Shown: positions 10,589 to 21,436 of the stretch, one piece after another
Numbering within the stretch: position 1 is the stretch's first letter
How the letters are laid out: every line of letters starts with the position of its first letter
Origin: an uncultured delta proteobacterium
GTDB taxonomy: Bacteria > Myxococcota_A > Polyangia > Polyangiales > Polyangiaceae
Assembly (NCBI GenBank): GCA_963806225.1
Contig: CAWDXG010000001.1
Location: forward strand, 1,248,001-1,312,000
DNA length: 64,000 bases
Direction of reading: 5' to 3'
The notes under the pieces: model-generated
The model's input: the letters and a program-made list of their open reading frames with translations, nothing else
Told to the model about the DNA's origin: nothing
Database searches by the model: none
Position numbers and translations under genes: made by a program

Positions 10589-10741
10589 AAGCGGCCTGGA
10601 GCGCGTCTTGATGATGTTTATCAAGTAATTCCAAGCAGTTGAGATTTGAGTTGCAGGGTATCGAGCGCTGTGGCACACGGCAGGCGTCGCAGAAGTGAGC
10701 CGCGGCTCATTCCGACGAGTCTGGATTCATCGGGTTCCTGC

Positions 10742-11389
10742 ATGTCGCGACGAACCAAGGGCGCACGCGCTCCCACCCTCCGCAAGGCCATCAAACGCGC
10801 GACGCGCGCCGCGTATCACGAAGCCATCCTCGAGGCGGCCGAACGCGTCTTCGTGCGCGACGGCTATCACGAGACGAAGATGGCCGACGTGGCCGCGGAG
10901 ACGGGGGTGTCGGTCGGCACGCTCTACAACTACTTCGAGAGCAAGGAGCTCGTCTTCGCCTCCATCATCGAGCGCGGACAGGCGGAGCTGGACGCGCGGG
11001 TCGACACCGCTTCGACTGCGGATGATCCGCTGGAGCGGGTACGGGATGTGGTGCGGACGGGCTTCGGCTTCATCGAGGAGCGCGGGGCGCTGTTCACGGT
11101 CTTCATGCAGATCGGTCTGCGCAGCGAAGCGGACATCAAGCGCGTCGCTGGCGACCACGCCGAGCAGGGCTATCAGCGCTTCCTCGGCGTGTTGCAGGGC
11201 GCCATGGAGCAGGCGGCCGAGCAGGGCCGGGTCCGCGCCGACATGACCCCAGCCGCGCTGGCCGGCGCGCTCGCTGGGATGTCGAACGGTTTCATTTTCG
11301 CCTGGTTGCGCAGTGGTCGCAAGGAGAGCCTGACCGACCGGGCCGACGATCTCCTCAAGCTCTTTCTCGAAGGAGCGAAGACGCCATGA
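10742..11389 (+). CDS. TetR/AcrR family regulator
   Basis: ILEAAERVF..GY..TKMADVAAETGVSVGTLYNYFESKE helix-turn-helix. Confidence 0.95.
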   Translation: MSRRTKGARAPTLRKAIKRATRAAYHEAILEAAERVFVRDGYHETKMADVAAETGVSVGTLYNYFESKELVFASIIERGQAELDARVDTASTADDPLERVRDVVRTGFGFIEERGALFTVFMQIGLRSEADIKRVAGDHAEQGYQRFLGVLQGAMEQAAEQGRVRADMTPAALAGALAGMSNGFIFAWLRSGRKESLTDRADDLLKLFLEGAKTP

Positions 11390-12345
11390 AACTACGTCCG
11401 AGCCTCGTTGCAGCATTCCTTGTCACCGTCGCGCTGTCCGGTTGCCACAAGAAGAAAGTGGGCGGCGATCTGCCGTCGGCGAGCGGTTCCGCGCCGCCCG
11501 AGATCCCCGAGTTGTCGAACGCGGGATCGGCTGACGATGGTCCCGAAGCCGGCCCAGCGGGCGACGCAGATCACCTTTCCGGCACCGGCACGCTGAAGCC
11601 GCGCAAAGAAGCGCAGCTCGGCCCGAAGGCGAGCGGCAATCTGACCTCCATCAAGGTCGAGGAGGGCGACACCGTCAAGAAGGGCGAGGTGCTGTTCACG
11701 CTCGACTCGAGCCAGGCGTACATCGGCGTGCAGCAGGCCAAAGCGGGCGTACAGGCGGCGAACGTCGGGCTCGACGCCGCCGAGCTCGACTACAAGCGGA
11801 CCAAGGCGCTCTTCGACCGCGGCTCGATCGCGCCGGCGACGTTCGACCAGGTCAAGGCGCGCTACGACGGTGCGAAGGCACAGCTCGAGCAGGCCAAGGC
11901 CGCGCTGAACATGGCGCAGCGGTACGCTTCGGACACCGTGACGCGCTCGCCCATCAGCGGCGTCGTCACGGCGAAGCTCAAGAGCGTCGGCGAGACCGCC
12001 ACCATGATGCCGCCCACGATCGTGCTGATCGTTCAGGACATCGACGTGCTCGAACTCCACGCGCGAATGCCCGAGCGGGCGCTGTCCTACGTGAAGGCGG
12101 GGGACATCATCCACGCCCACATTCCTTCGCTCGACATGAACCGCGACGTGAAGGTCAAGCGAGTGAACCCCTCGGTCGACCCGCGTTCGCGGACTATCGA
12201 GGTGGTCGCCGACCTCGACAACAAGGATCACAAGCTCAAGCCCGGCATGCTGGTCGAGGTCCGCTACAACGTCGCGGGAGGCGGCCATCCGCCGAAGCAC
12301 GGTGACCCCGGCAAGCCGGCGGCGAAGGCCCAGGTCGACCCATGA
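11386..12345 (+). CDS. RND efflux periplasmic adaptor (MFP) lipoprotein
   Basis: Lipobox LSGC, VEEGDTVKKGEVLF lipoyl-like motif, coiled coil, SPISGVV, LKPGM. Confidence 0.93.
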   Translation: MKLRPSLVAAFLVTVALSGCHKKKVGGDLPSASGSAPPEIPELSNAGSADDGPEAGPAGDADHLSGTGTLKPRKEAQLGPKASGNLTSIKVEEGDTVKKGEVLFTLDSSQAYIGVQQAKAGVQAANVGLDAAELDYKRTKALFDRGSIAPATFDQVKARYDGAKAQLEQAKAALNMAQRYASDTVTRSPISGVVTAKLKSVGETATMMPPTIVLIVQDIDVLELHARMPERALSYVKAGDIIHAHIPSLDMNRDVKVKRVNPSVDPRSRTIEVVADLDNKDHKLKPGMLVEVRYNVAGGGHPPKHGDPGKPAAKAQVDP

Positions 12346-15300
12346 ACCTCGCCGACGTCTCCATCCGGCGGCCCGTCTTCGCGGTGATGATGATCGCCGC
12401 GCTGGTGGTGTTCGGCATCGTGAGCTACCCGCGCATCGGCGTCGATCTGTTCCCGGACGTCGAGTTTCCGGTCGTCACGGTGACCGTCGTCTACCCGGGC
12501 GGCGACCCGGAGACGATGGAGAGCAAGGTCGCCGATCCCATCGAGGAGCAGCTCAACACGCTGAGCGGGATCAAGGTGCTGCGCTCGGTCAACCTGGAGA
12601 GCGTCACCCAGGTCGTGGTCCAGTTCCAGCTCGAGGTGCCGGTCGAACAGGCCGTCCAGGACATCCGCGACAAGATGTCCCAGGTCCAGAAGGACCTGCC
12701 CGACGGCATCGACCCACCGACGATCCAGAAGTTCGATGTCGGCGCGGCGCCGATCATGGCGGTTGCGCTCAGCGGAAAGATCGGACCGAAGGATCTGACG
12801 CACCTCGCGGACAAGGTCGTCAAGGAGCGCGTCCAACGCGTGCCCGGCGTCGGCGGCGTGGATCTGGTTGGCGACCGCGAACGCGAGATCCAGGTGCTGG
12901 TCAACCCGGCGAAGCTGGTCGGGATGGGGCTCGCGGTCACCGACGTCGAGAATGCGCTCAAGGCCCAGAACCTCGACATCCCAGGCGGCCACTTCGAGCG
13001 CGGTTCGCAGCGAGCTCAATGTCAAGACGAAGGGCGAGGTGAAGAGCGCGGACGAAGTCGCGCGCATCGCCATCCCCAACCCGATCGGGACGCTCGATCC
13101 GCATACGCGACGTGGCCCAGGTCGAAGGACACCGTGAAGGATGCGCGGTCCGCGTCCTTCCTCGACGGCACGTCCGCTATCTCGCTGGTGATCCGCAAAC
13201 AGTCCGGCGGCAACACCGTGGAAGTGGCGAGACGCGTGCGCGCAGGAGCTCGCAAAGCTCGAACCGCGTCGTGAAGAAGCACGGCGTCACGATGGCGGTG
13301 CCGACGGACAACTCCGTCTACATCGAGCACTCCATCCACGACGTGCAGTTCGATTTGATGTTCGGCGCGTTCCTCGCCGTCTTCATCATCCTGCTGTTCC
13401 TGCACGACGTACGGGCGACGATCATCAGCGCCATCGCTCTGCCGACGAGCGTGGTCGGCACGTTCGCGTTCATGGACCTGTTCGGGTTCACGTTCAACAA
13501 CATGTCCATGCTCGCGCTGTCGCTCTCGATCGGCATCCTGATCGACGACGCCATCGTCGTGATCGAGAACATCCATCGACACCTGGAAGAAGGCGAGTCG
13601 AGCGTCGAGGCCGCTTCGAAGGGCACCGGCGAGATCTTCCTGGCGGTGCTGGCGACGACGTCGTCGATCCTGGCCGTGTTCGTGCCCGTGGCGTTCATGA
13701 AGGGCATCATCGGGCGCTTCTTCTTCCAGTTCGGCGTGACCGTCAGCGTGGCGGTGGCCCTGTCGATGCTCGTGTCGTTCACGCTGACGCCGATGCTCTC
13801 GTCGCGCTTCTTGATGGCCGAGCACGAGCGGAAGCGTCCGAACTTCATTTTCCGCGGCATCGAGCGTTTCCTGAAAGCGACGGACCGCGCCTACGGCCGG
13901 CTGCTCGGCGCGGCGCTCCGGCACCGATTCCTGACGGTTGCCATCGCTCTGGCGTCGCTGGTCGGCTCCGTTCTTCCTGGTGACGCAGGTCAAGACGGAG
14001 TTCCTGCCGCCGGAGGACCGCGCGCAGTTCGCGGTCAACGTCGAGCTTCCGACGGGAACGTCGCTGGATGGCAGCGAGAAGGTCATCGAGGCGGTGGCCA
14101 ACGACATCCGCAAGCATGCGCCCGGCATCCGCCACACCTTGACCACGATCGGCGAGGGCGCGCAGGGGCAGGTGAACCAGGGCACGATCCAGGTCGTGAT
14201 GACGCCGTCGAGCGAACGCAGCTTCAGCCAGCAGGATCTGATGGCGTGGGTGCGCGATCGCTTCAAGCACGTCAAACAGGCCAAGATCACGGCCAACGAG
14301 ATCAGCGCTGTGGGAGGCGGCTCGGGCTTCCGCACCCAACCGATCCAGTTCAACATCCGCGGCGATGACATGAACGAGCTCGTGCGCGTGTCGGCCAAGC
14401 TCAAGAACGCCCTGGCCAAGGTGCCGGGCTTCGTGGATCTCGATACGACCTACCGCGGTGGCAAGCCGGAGGTGGACATCGACATCGCCCGTGAGCGGGC
14501 TGCCGACCTCGGCGTGCCCGTGGCCGGCGTGGGCAGCACCATCCGCGCGTTCATGGCGGGCGACACCGTCAGTACGCTCAAGGACGGGCTCGACGTCTAC
14601 GACGTCACCGTGCAGATGCCCAAGCGTCTGCGCGCCGACATCGCGCAGCTCAACAACCTGCAGGTCCGCTCCGTCAGCGGTCAACTCGTGGACCTGTCGA
14701 GCGTCGTCAAGGTCAGCCACGGCGAAGGACCGAGCGTGATCGAGCGGCAGGCCCGCCAGCGGCAGATCACCGTGCTGGCCGCGATGGAGGGAATGCCGCT
14801 CGGAGAGGCGAAGAAGATCGTCGACCAGAAGGCGAAACAGATCGTCCCCTCGAACCTGACGACCGACTACGCCGGCATGGCCGACATCATGACGGAGTCC
14901 TTCGGCTACATGATGCTCGCGCTGGGGCTGGCCGTCGTCCTCGTCTACATGATCCTGGCCGCCCAGTTCGACAGCTTCCTGCAGCCGATCACGATCATGC
15001 TCTCGTTGCCGCTGAGCGTCGTCGGCGCATTCGGCGGTCTGTTCGTGGCGGGCATGACGCTGAACATCTTCTCGATGATCGGGATCATCATGCTGATGGG
15101 CCTGGTCACGAAGAACGCGATCCTGCTGGTCGACTTTGCCGACCAGTTGCGTGACCGGGGGCTGGACGTGTTCGAGGCATTGACCCAGGCGGGCATCATC
15201 CGGCTCAGACCCATCCTGATGACCACCGCAGCGATGATCTTCGGCATGCTGCCGGTCGCGCTGGCGCTGAGCGAAGGCGGGAAGACCCGGGCGCCGATGG

Positions 15301-15497
15301 CTGTGTGCGTGATCGGGGGTCTTCTGACCTCGACCCTGCTCACGCTGGTCGTGATCCCCGTCGTCTACACGTTCATGGATTCGCTCTCCCACAACCGGCT
15401 TGTGCGCTGGCTCAGCCAGAAGCTCCTCAGTCAGAGCAAGGGGCACGAGTCCGGCGCTGCACCCCAACCTTCAACTTCCGGGAGCTCGAGCACGTGA
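12342..15497 (+). CDS. AcrB/HAE1-type RND permease (frameshifts ~13010-13260 and ~13970)
   Basis: SIRRPVFA start, [39 protein letters not shown]. Confidence 0.93.
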
Positions 15498-17103
15498 GAG
15501 CCAAGTCACTATCCACCTGGTTGTGTGCAGGGGCGCTGACTGCGCTCCCGATGGCGGCGTCGGCCCAGCCGGGCCCGGCAGGCGCTCCGGCGCCGAAGCC
15601 GGCGCCGAAGCGGCGCCCGCCGCCGCCGCGCCTGCGGCACAGCCTGCCGCCCAGCCCGCCGCCGCCGCGACCGACCAGCCCAAGCTGCAGAAGCGCGAGC
15701 TGCCCGACCGTCCGGGGCCCGCGCTCAAGGTGCTGTCGCCGGTGGCCGGCGGTCTGACCGCCGACCAGGTGGCGCGCCGCACCGTGGCGTCGAGTGCGAC
15801 CGTGCGGGCGAAGCAGGCCCAGCTCGAGGCCGCCGAGGACAAGGCCAACGAGACGATGTACCAGTTCTTCCCGAAGCTCACCTTCCGGGCCAGCTACACC
15901 AGGCTCTCGCCCGTGTCGTCCGGCTTCGGCTCGGGCGCGCTGGTCGGCGCGGTGAACGCCGGGCCGCTCGGCGTGGGGCCCTGCGCGCCGGGCGCGCCGC
16001 AGACGTGCGTGCTGGACTCCGGCGGAACGCCGGTCGGCGCCGCCAAGTTCGATATCAAGTTCCTCGAGAACAACTACGCGCTCTCGGCCGACCTCGACGT
16101 CCCGATCTCGGACTACATCCTCAGGTTGTCGCACGCGGCCGCCGCCTCGTCGGCGAGTCGCCGGGCGGCCAAGCTCGGGGTGCGCGCCGAGAAGCTCAAG
16201 GTGCAGAACGACGGCCGCGTGCTGTTCTACAACTGGCTGCGCGCCAAGGGGCAGGTTGCCGTCGCAGAGAAGTCGCTGGAGCAGGTCCAGGCGCGGCAGA
16301 AGGATGCCAAGACGGCGTATTCGCTCGGCGCCATTTCCAAGGCCGACCTGATGCGGCTCGAGGCGCTGGTCGCGAACACCGAGCTGATGGTGAAGCAGGC
16401 CGAGACGCTGCAGCAGCTGACCGACGCGCAGCTCGGCATCTACATGGGCGACAAGACCCCGCGAAAGTACACGATCGGCGAGGACGTTCTGGCGCCCGCG
16501 GCCAAGCCGGTCAACGGCACGCTGCCCGCCCTGGAGCGCAGTGCGCTCCGCCGTCGCCTCGAGATCCGGGTGCTGGACGCCACGGCCAAGGCACTGCACA
16601 GAGGCTCGAGCGCGCAGGCCGTCGGCAAGCTGCCGCGCCTCGACGCTTTCGGCAACGTGACCTACGCGAACCCGAACCAGCGCTACTTCCCGCCCCAGCA
16701 GCGCTGGGACGCGACCTGGAGCGTGGGCATCGCCGCCACCTGGACGGTGGGCGACACCTTCGTCAACTCGGCCGCCGCGTCGGAGCTCGAGGCGCAGGCG
16801 CGCGGCGTCGAGGCGCAGCGCAAGGCGCTGGCCGACGGCATCCGGCAGGAGGTCACGGCCGACTATCTGCAGCGCGAAAAGGCCAAGGTGGCGGTGCGGA
16901 CCAGCAAGCGTGCGGTGGCAGCCGCTGCCGAAGCGTACCGGGTGGCGACCGACCTGTACCGCGTCGGCCGCGCCACGACGACCGAGCTGATCGACGCCGA
17001 ATCGGACCTGCTGCAGGCCCGACTGGGGCAGCTCAACGCGCGTATCGATCTCAAGGTCGCCAACGTCAAGCTGCGCCACGCCATCGGACAGGACGTGCGG
17101 TAG
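15494..17103 (+). CDS. TolC family outer membrane channel (frameshift near 15610)
   Basis: Signal peptide, two OEP-type helical repeats, Y..G.AT..ELIDAE motif; follows MFP and RND. Confidence 0.88.
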
Positions 17104-17115
17104 GGCCTGCCTGCC

Positions 17116-19599
17116 ATGAGCCCGAGCGCACGCTATGTGGCGTGGCTTGTACGGCGCCGCGTCGTTGTGCTCGTGCTAGCGGCTGTCGTCGCGGCCGTCG
17201 CCGGCTACCGCACCGTGCGCACCTACGCCGCGCTCAGGAGCGATCTGGAAGAGCTCCTGCCCGTCACGGCGCCGAGTGTGCAGGCGCTGGACGTGTTGCG
17301 CGCGCGGCTGCCCGGCATCCGCCACCTGGGCGTGGTGGTCGACACCGGCGGGAAACGGAACGTCGGGGCCGCCAACCGTTTCCTCGACGATCTGGCGAAG
17401 CGCATCCGGCACTACCCGCCCCACCTGGTGGGTGCGGTGCGCACGGACGTCGACACCGAGCGCCGCTTCATCGAGACCTACCTGCTGCAGCTGATGGCCC
17501 CCGCCGACGTGCGCAAGCTCGTCACGGCGGTCGAGAAGCGTCGCGACTGGGAAGTCACGCGCAAGATGGGCATCAACCTCCTGACCGACGAGGAAGAGCC
17601 CGAGCCCAAGCTGCCGGTCGACGAGCTTCGCAGGAAGTACGACCAGCGCTACGGGCAGCCCAGCGGCTTTCCCGGCGGCCGCCTCGTGTCCGCCGATGGC
17701 GGGACGGCGGTGCTGCTCGTCCAGGCGAGCAACCAGGCGACCAGCTACGAGGCCGACCAGGAGCTGCTCGACCACGTGAAGCAGGACATCTCCGAGCTGG
17801 GATTCCCGGGCGCCTACGGAAAAGGCATGCGGGTGGGCTTCGCCGGCGACGTGGCCACGCGCGTCGAGGAGCTCACGGGCCTGTTCACCGATCTGTCCGC
17901 CTCCGGCGTCCTGGTGCTGCTGCTCGTGGTCGGGGTCATCGTGTGGTTCTTCCGGTCCTGGCGTGCGCTGCCGCTGCTCGGCCTGCCGCTGCTCGCCGGG
18001 ACGCTGGCGGCGTTCGGCATCGTCGCGCTGCCTCCGCTCGGCATCCGCCACCTGAACTCGAACACGGCGTTCCTCGGGTCCATCGTCGTCGGCAACGGCA
18101 TCAACAGCGGCATCATCCTGCTGGCGCGTTTCACGGAAGAACGCCGCCGGGGCGTTGGCCTCGACGAGGCGATCTCGACGGCCGTCTCCGGGACGTGGAA
18201 ACCGACGCTGGCCGCGGCGCTGGCGGCATCCGCCGCCTACGGCTCGCTGGTGTTCACCGCCTTCCGCGGCTTCAACCAGTTCGGCTGGATCGGCGGATTC
18301 GGCATGCTTTCCTGCTGGGTGACGACCTTCGTCCTGGCGCCGCCGCTCTTGTCGTTGTTCGGCGCGCCGCTCGGTGGCGCGCGCCGGCCGCGCGACGGCG
18401 CGCGACCGGGTCCGCTGCGCCGCTCGGCCCAGTGGCTGCTCGGGCGGCCGCGTTCGGTGCTCGCTGGCACCGTCCTGCTCGCGGTGCTGTCGCTTCTGGG
18501 GCTGCATCGTCGCGCGGGCGACTGGATCCAGTACGATCTGTCCAAGCTGCGCCGCCGCGAGGCACCGGGGCAGGGCGAGCGGTACTGGGGCAGGCGGATG
18601 GACGCGACGCTCCAGCGCTACCTGACGCCCACCGTCGTCATGGCCGACACGCCGCGGCAGGCGCGCTTGATCGAAGAGCGCGCCCGCAAGCTCGCCCGCG
18701 AGGGGCGCGCGGGGGGATTGATCGGCACGGTGAGGAGCGCCGCGGACGTGCTGCGCCCCGACCGCGCCGAATCGATTGCCGCCGCACGCAAGCTGAAGAA
18801 GGTGCTGACGCCCCACATGCTGTCGGAGCTCTCCGACAAGGATCGAAAGCTCGTCGAGCGCGCCTTGTCGCCACCGGCCCTGGTTCCGCTGCAGGCGCGC
18901 CAGGTCCCGGACGTGCTTCTGGCGGGACTGCGGGAGTACGGCGGGCGCGTCGATCGCAGCGTGCTCGTTTACCCGAAGCTCAGCTCGGGGACGTGGGACA
19001 CGCGCCGCATGGAAGCGTTCACGCACGACCTCAGACGCGCGGCCACGGTGGACGGCCGCGCGGTGCCCGTGGCCGGCTCGCTCCTGCTCTCGAGCGACAT
19101 CGCTACCGCGATGAAGCACGACGGGCCGAAAGCCACGGCGCTGTCGCTGGTCGCGGTGCTGCTCATCTGTCTGTTCTCGTTCCGTTCGCTGGGGCTGTCG
19201 CTGGCCGCGGTGGCCTCCGTCTTCGTCGGCGTGGCGCTGATGCTGGGCGGGCTGGCGTGGGGCGGCGCCAAGCTGAACTTCTCGAACTTCGTCGCGCTGC
19301 CCATCACGTTCGGGATCGGCGCCGACTACTCGATCAACATGCTCAAGCGCTACCAGGCCGAGGGGCGCCTCGATCTGCGCGCGGCGCTGGGAGCGACGGG
19401 CGGCGCGGTGGCGCTGTGCTCCGCCACCACGATCATCGGGTTCGGATCGCTGCTGGTCGCGCAGAACCGCGCGCTGTTCTCCTTCGGTGTGTTCGCAGTG
19501 TCCGGCGAGCTCGCCTGCCTGGTCACCGCCATCATCGCGCTGCCGGCGGCGCTGGTGCTGCTCGGGCAGGCTTCCGTCCCGCGAGCCGGCACGGACTAG
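17116..19599 (+). CDS. MMPL family (RND superfamily) lipid transporter
   Basis: Two repeats of TM + soluble loop + 5 TM; GNGINSGI and GIGADYSI, TTIIGFGSL; 827 aa. Confidence 0.88.
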   Translation: MSPSARYVAWLVRRRVVVLVLAAVVAAVAGYRTVRTYAALRSDLEELLPVTAPSVQALDVLRARLPGIRHLGVVVDTGGKRNVGAANRFLDDLAKRIRHYPPHLVGAVRTDVDTERRFIETYLLQLMAPADVRKLVTAVEKRRDWEVTRKMGINLLTDEEEPEPKLPVDELRRKYDQRYGQPSGFPGGRLVSADGGTAVLLVQASNQATSYEADQELLDHVKQDISELGFPGAYGKGMRVGFAGDVATRVEELTGLFTDLSASGVLVLLLVVGVIVWFFRSWRALPLLGLPLLAGTLAAFGIVALPPLGIRHLNSNTAFLGSIVVGNGINSGIILLARFTEERRRGVGLDEAISTAVSGTWKPTLAAALAASAAYGSLVFTAFRGFNQFGWIGGFGMLSCWVTTFVLAPPLLSLFGAPLGGARRPRDGARPGPLRRSAQWLLGRPRSVLAGTVLLAVLSLLGLHRRAGDWIQYDLSKLRRREAPGQGERYWGRRMDATLQRYLTPTVVMADTPRQARLIEERARKLAREGRAGGLIGTVRSAADVLRPDRAESIAAARKLKKVLTPHMLSELSDKDRKLVERALSPPALVPLQARQVPDVLLAGLREYGGRVDRSVLVYPKLSSGTWDTRRMEAFTHDLRRAATVDGRAVPVAGSLLLSSDIATAMKHDGPKATALSLVAVLLICLFSFRSLGLSLAAVASVFVGVALMLGGLAWGGAKLNFSNFVALPITFGIGADYSINMLKRYQAEGRLDLRAALGATGGAVALCSATTIIGFGSLLVAQNRALFSFGVFAVSGELACLVTAIIALPAALVLLGQASVPRAGTD

Positions 19600-19654
19600 C
19601 GCGCGCCAGCGCGTGCGCGACAACGGGCGAACGCTCGTCTAACCTTCGCCGCAT

Positions 19655-21250
19655 ATGTCCCGAACGAACCGAACGCTTCTGTGCTGCCTGCTCGCGGCGG
19701 GCCTTTCGCTGGGGGGCTGCTCCAGGGTCCGCTCCCTGCTCGGGATCGGCAAGAGCACGAGCTCGGCCTCGGCCGCGCCGTCCGCTGCACCGAGCGCTGC
19801 CGGCACGCCCTCCGCGCAGAGCGGCGGCGTCTGCAAGGTCGTGTCGCGCAAGGTGTGGGGCACCGCCGCCAACGCGCGCACCGGGATCACCGTGACCCGG
19901 CTGTCCGGCGGCAGCTTCGCGATCGGCGTCGCCATGGGTAACCGCCCCGAGATCATCGCATTCGACCGCGCGGGGCAGGGGCGGATCGTCCAGCCCGCCG
20001 TCGCCAGCGGCACCGCGCTTGCCAAGGGCATCCCGTCCGCGCAGGGCCAGCGCGATCTGCAGCGCGTCACGCCCGCGGTGAACAGCGGCGGCGAGCTCGT
20101 CGCCTATGCCGACTACCGCGATGTCTACAAGAACAAGCGCCGGCGCATCGCCTGTGGGCGGACCGATAGCACGCACGAGCTGCTCGTCTTCGACGGCAAG
20201 CCGCTGCTCGATCGCGAGGACGAGGACACCGACAAGACGCCCCCGATGGGTCGCACGGCACATGCTGGCGCGATCTCCCCCGGGGGGGCGGCGACGCCGG
20301 AGAAGAAGCCCGCGCCCGCGGCGAAGAAGCCGGCCCCCGCAACAAGGAAGCCGGCGAGAGGTCGACTGGTGCTGCCAGGCGGGCTGCCGAAGCTCCGCAT
20401 GGCCGCCCGGCCGCAGGCGAAGGCGCCGGTCGCGAGGACCCCGCCCAAGGCAGCGAAGCCGGCAAAGCCCAGCCGGCCCGAGCGCGAGCTCCGCGATTGC
20501 CGCAGCTTCGTCGACCCGGCGGGTCACGACGCCTGGGCGGTCGGCAGCGAGCTGTACGAAAAGCCAGAAAGCGACGGCAGCACGCACTACAGCATCCGCT
20601 TTTTCGTCGATCGCGGGGCCGGTCGTGGCCGCGTGCTGCTCCGGAGCGAGAAGCTTCCGGACAACCCCGACAAGCTGTACACGTTCGAAGCGCCGGTCGC
20701 CGAGAAGCTGCCTGACGGAAGCTACGTGCTGGCAGCGCGCTACCGCGGCTCGCTCTTCGCCTGGACGCTCGGCCTCGACAAGCGTCCGCGCGGGCCCGCC
20801 CGCGTCTACGGCGGCTCGCTGGGTATGCCCCACATGTTGCGGGACGGCGACGACTTGTTGATGCTGCTATCGCAGGCGACCGACAACGACCACTGGGCGG
20901 TGCGACTGGCGAGGGTCCCCGGGCGCGGCGGCACGCTGCCGGCCAAGCTCCAGCCTGTCGCGCTCGACAGCGATCCGTCGCAGGCCGAGCCCACCTTCGC
21001 CATCGCTGCCGGGCAGCGCTGGATCGCCTACCAGGCAGGCGAGCGGCGCCACGGTCAGCTTGTCCTGGTGCCGGTGGACGCCAAGCTCGCGGTCGCCGGT
21101 CAGGTGTTCCGCGCGACCTCCGGGAACGACGACGTCTACGAGTCGCACCTGTTCGGCCTCGACACCGGCAAGCTTCTGGCGGTGTACATCGAGAGCGCGC
21201 CGTCCGCCCGGCTCGTCAGCGAAGTGCTCGACTGCCACGTGGAGAGCTAG
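19655..21250 (+). CDS. Hypothetical lipoprotein (beta-rich, Pro/Ala/Lys linker)
   Basis: Lipobox LGGC; long ORF co-oriented with the export operon. Confidence 0.7.
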   Translation: MSRTNRTLLCCLLAAGLSLGGCSRVRSLLGIGKSTSSASAAPSAAPSAAGTPSAQSGGVCKVVSRKVWGTAANARTGITVTRLSGGSFAIGVAMGNRPEIIAFDRAGQGRIVQPAVASGTALAKGIPSAQGQRDLQRVTPAVNSGGELVAYADYRDVYKNKRRRIACGRTDSTHELLVFDGKPLLDREDEDTDKTPPMGRTAHAGAISPGGAATPEKKPAPAAKKPAPATRKPARGRLVLPGGLPKLRMAARPQAKAPVARTPPKAAKPAKPSRPERELRDCRSFVDPAGHDAWAVGSELYEKPESDGSTHYSIRFFVDRGAGRGRVLLRSEKLPDNPDKLYTFEAPVAEKLPDGSYVLAARYRGSLFAWTLGLDKRPRGPARVYGGSLGMPHMLRDGDDLLMLLSQATDNDHWAVRLARVPGRGGTLPAKLQPVALDSDPSQAEPTFAIAAGQRWIAYQAGERRHGQLVLVPVDAKLAVAGQVFRATSGNDDVYESHLFGLDTGKLLAVYIESAPSARLVSEVLDCHVES

Positions 21251-21397
21251 CGCCCGGGGGGGGGCTCCGCCGCGCCCGCCGGTGAGGTGCCGCTCGCGCC
21301 CGCCCTGCGTGGCCGGCAGGTGCGAGCCGGCGCATCCTGCGGGGCGGATTGCCACGGCGGCTGCCGTCCCGCCCATGAAACCGCGGCACAAGTGCCT

Positions 21398-21412
21398 TGG
21401 CACGCTCGCTGC
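21398..21412 (+). promoter_or_regulatory. Putative sigma-54 promoter
   Basis: TGGCACGCTCGCTGC fits TGGCAC-N-TGC with GG-N10-GC spacing; GGGGGAG RBS and ATG at 21437 follow. Confidence 0.6.
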
Positions 21413-21436
21413 AGGCCCTCTCCAGGGGGAGTATCG

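Noticed and set aside
10607..10625. FNR box
   Set aside because: The half-sites TTGAT/ATCAA are separated by 7 nt rather than the canonical 4.
9054..15497. bioA and the RND permease as true pseudogenes or programmed frameshifts
   Set aside because: Catalytic motifs are intact, I saw no slippery heptamers at the shift sites, and indels are spread across the whole window.
16005..19895. 1296-aa ORF and many other long Arg/Ala/Pro-rich alternate-frame or antisense ORFs (e.g. 17176-19623, 3175-5310, 25663-27750)
   Set aside because: Shadow ORFs expected at high GC; they overlap well-supported genes and show no motifs.
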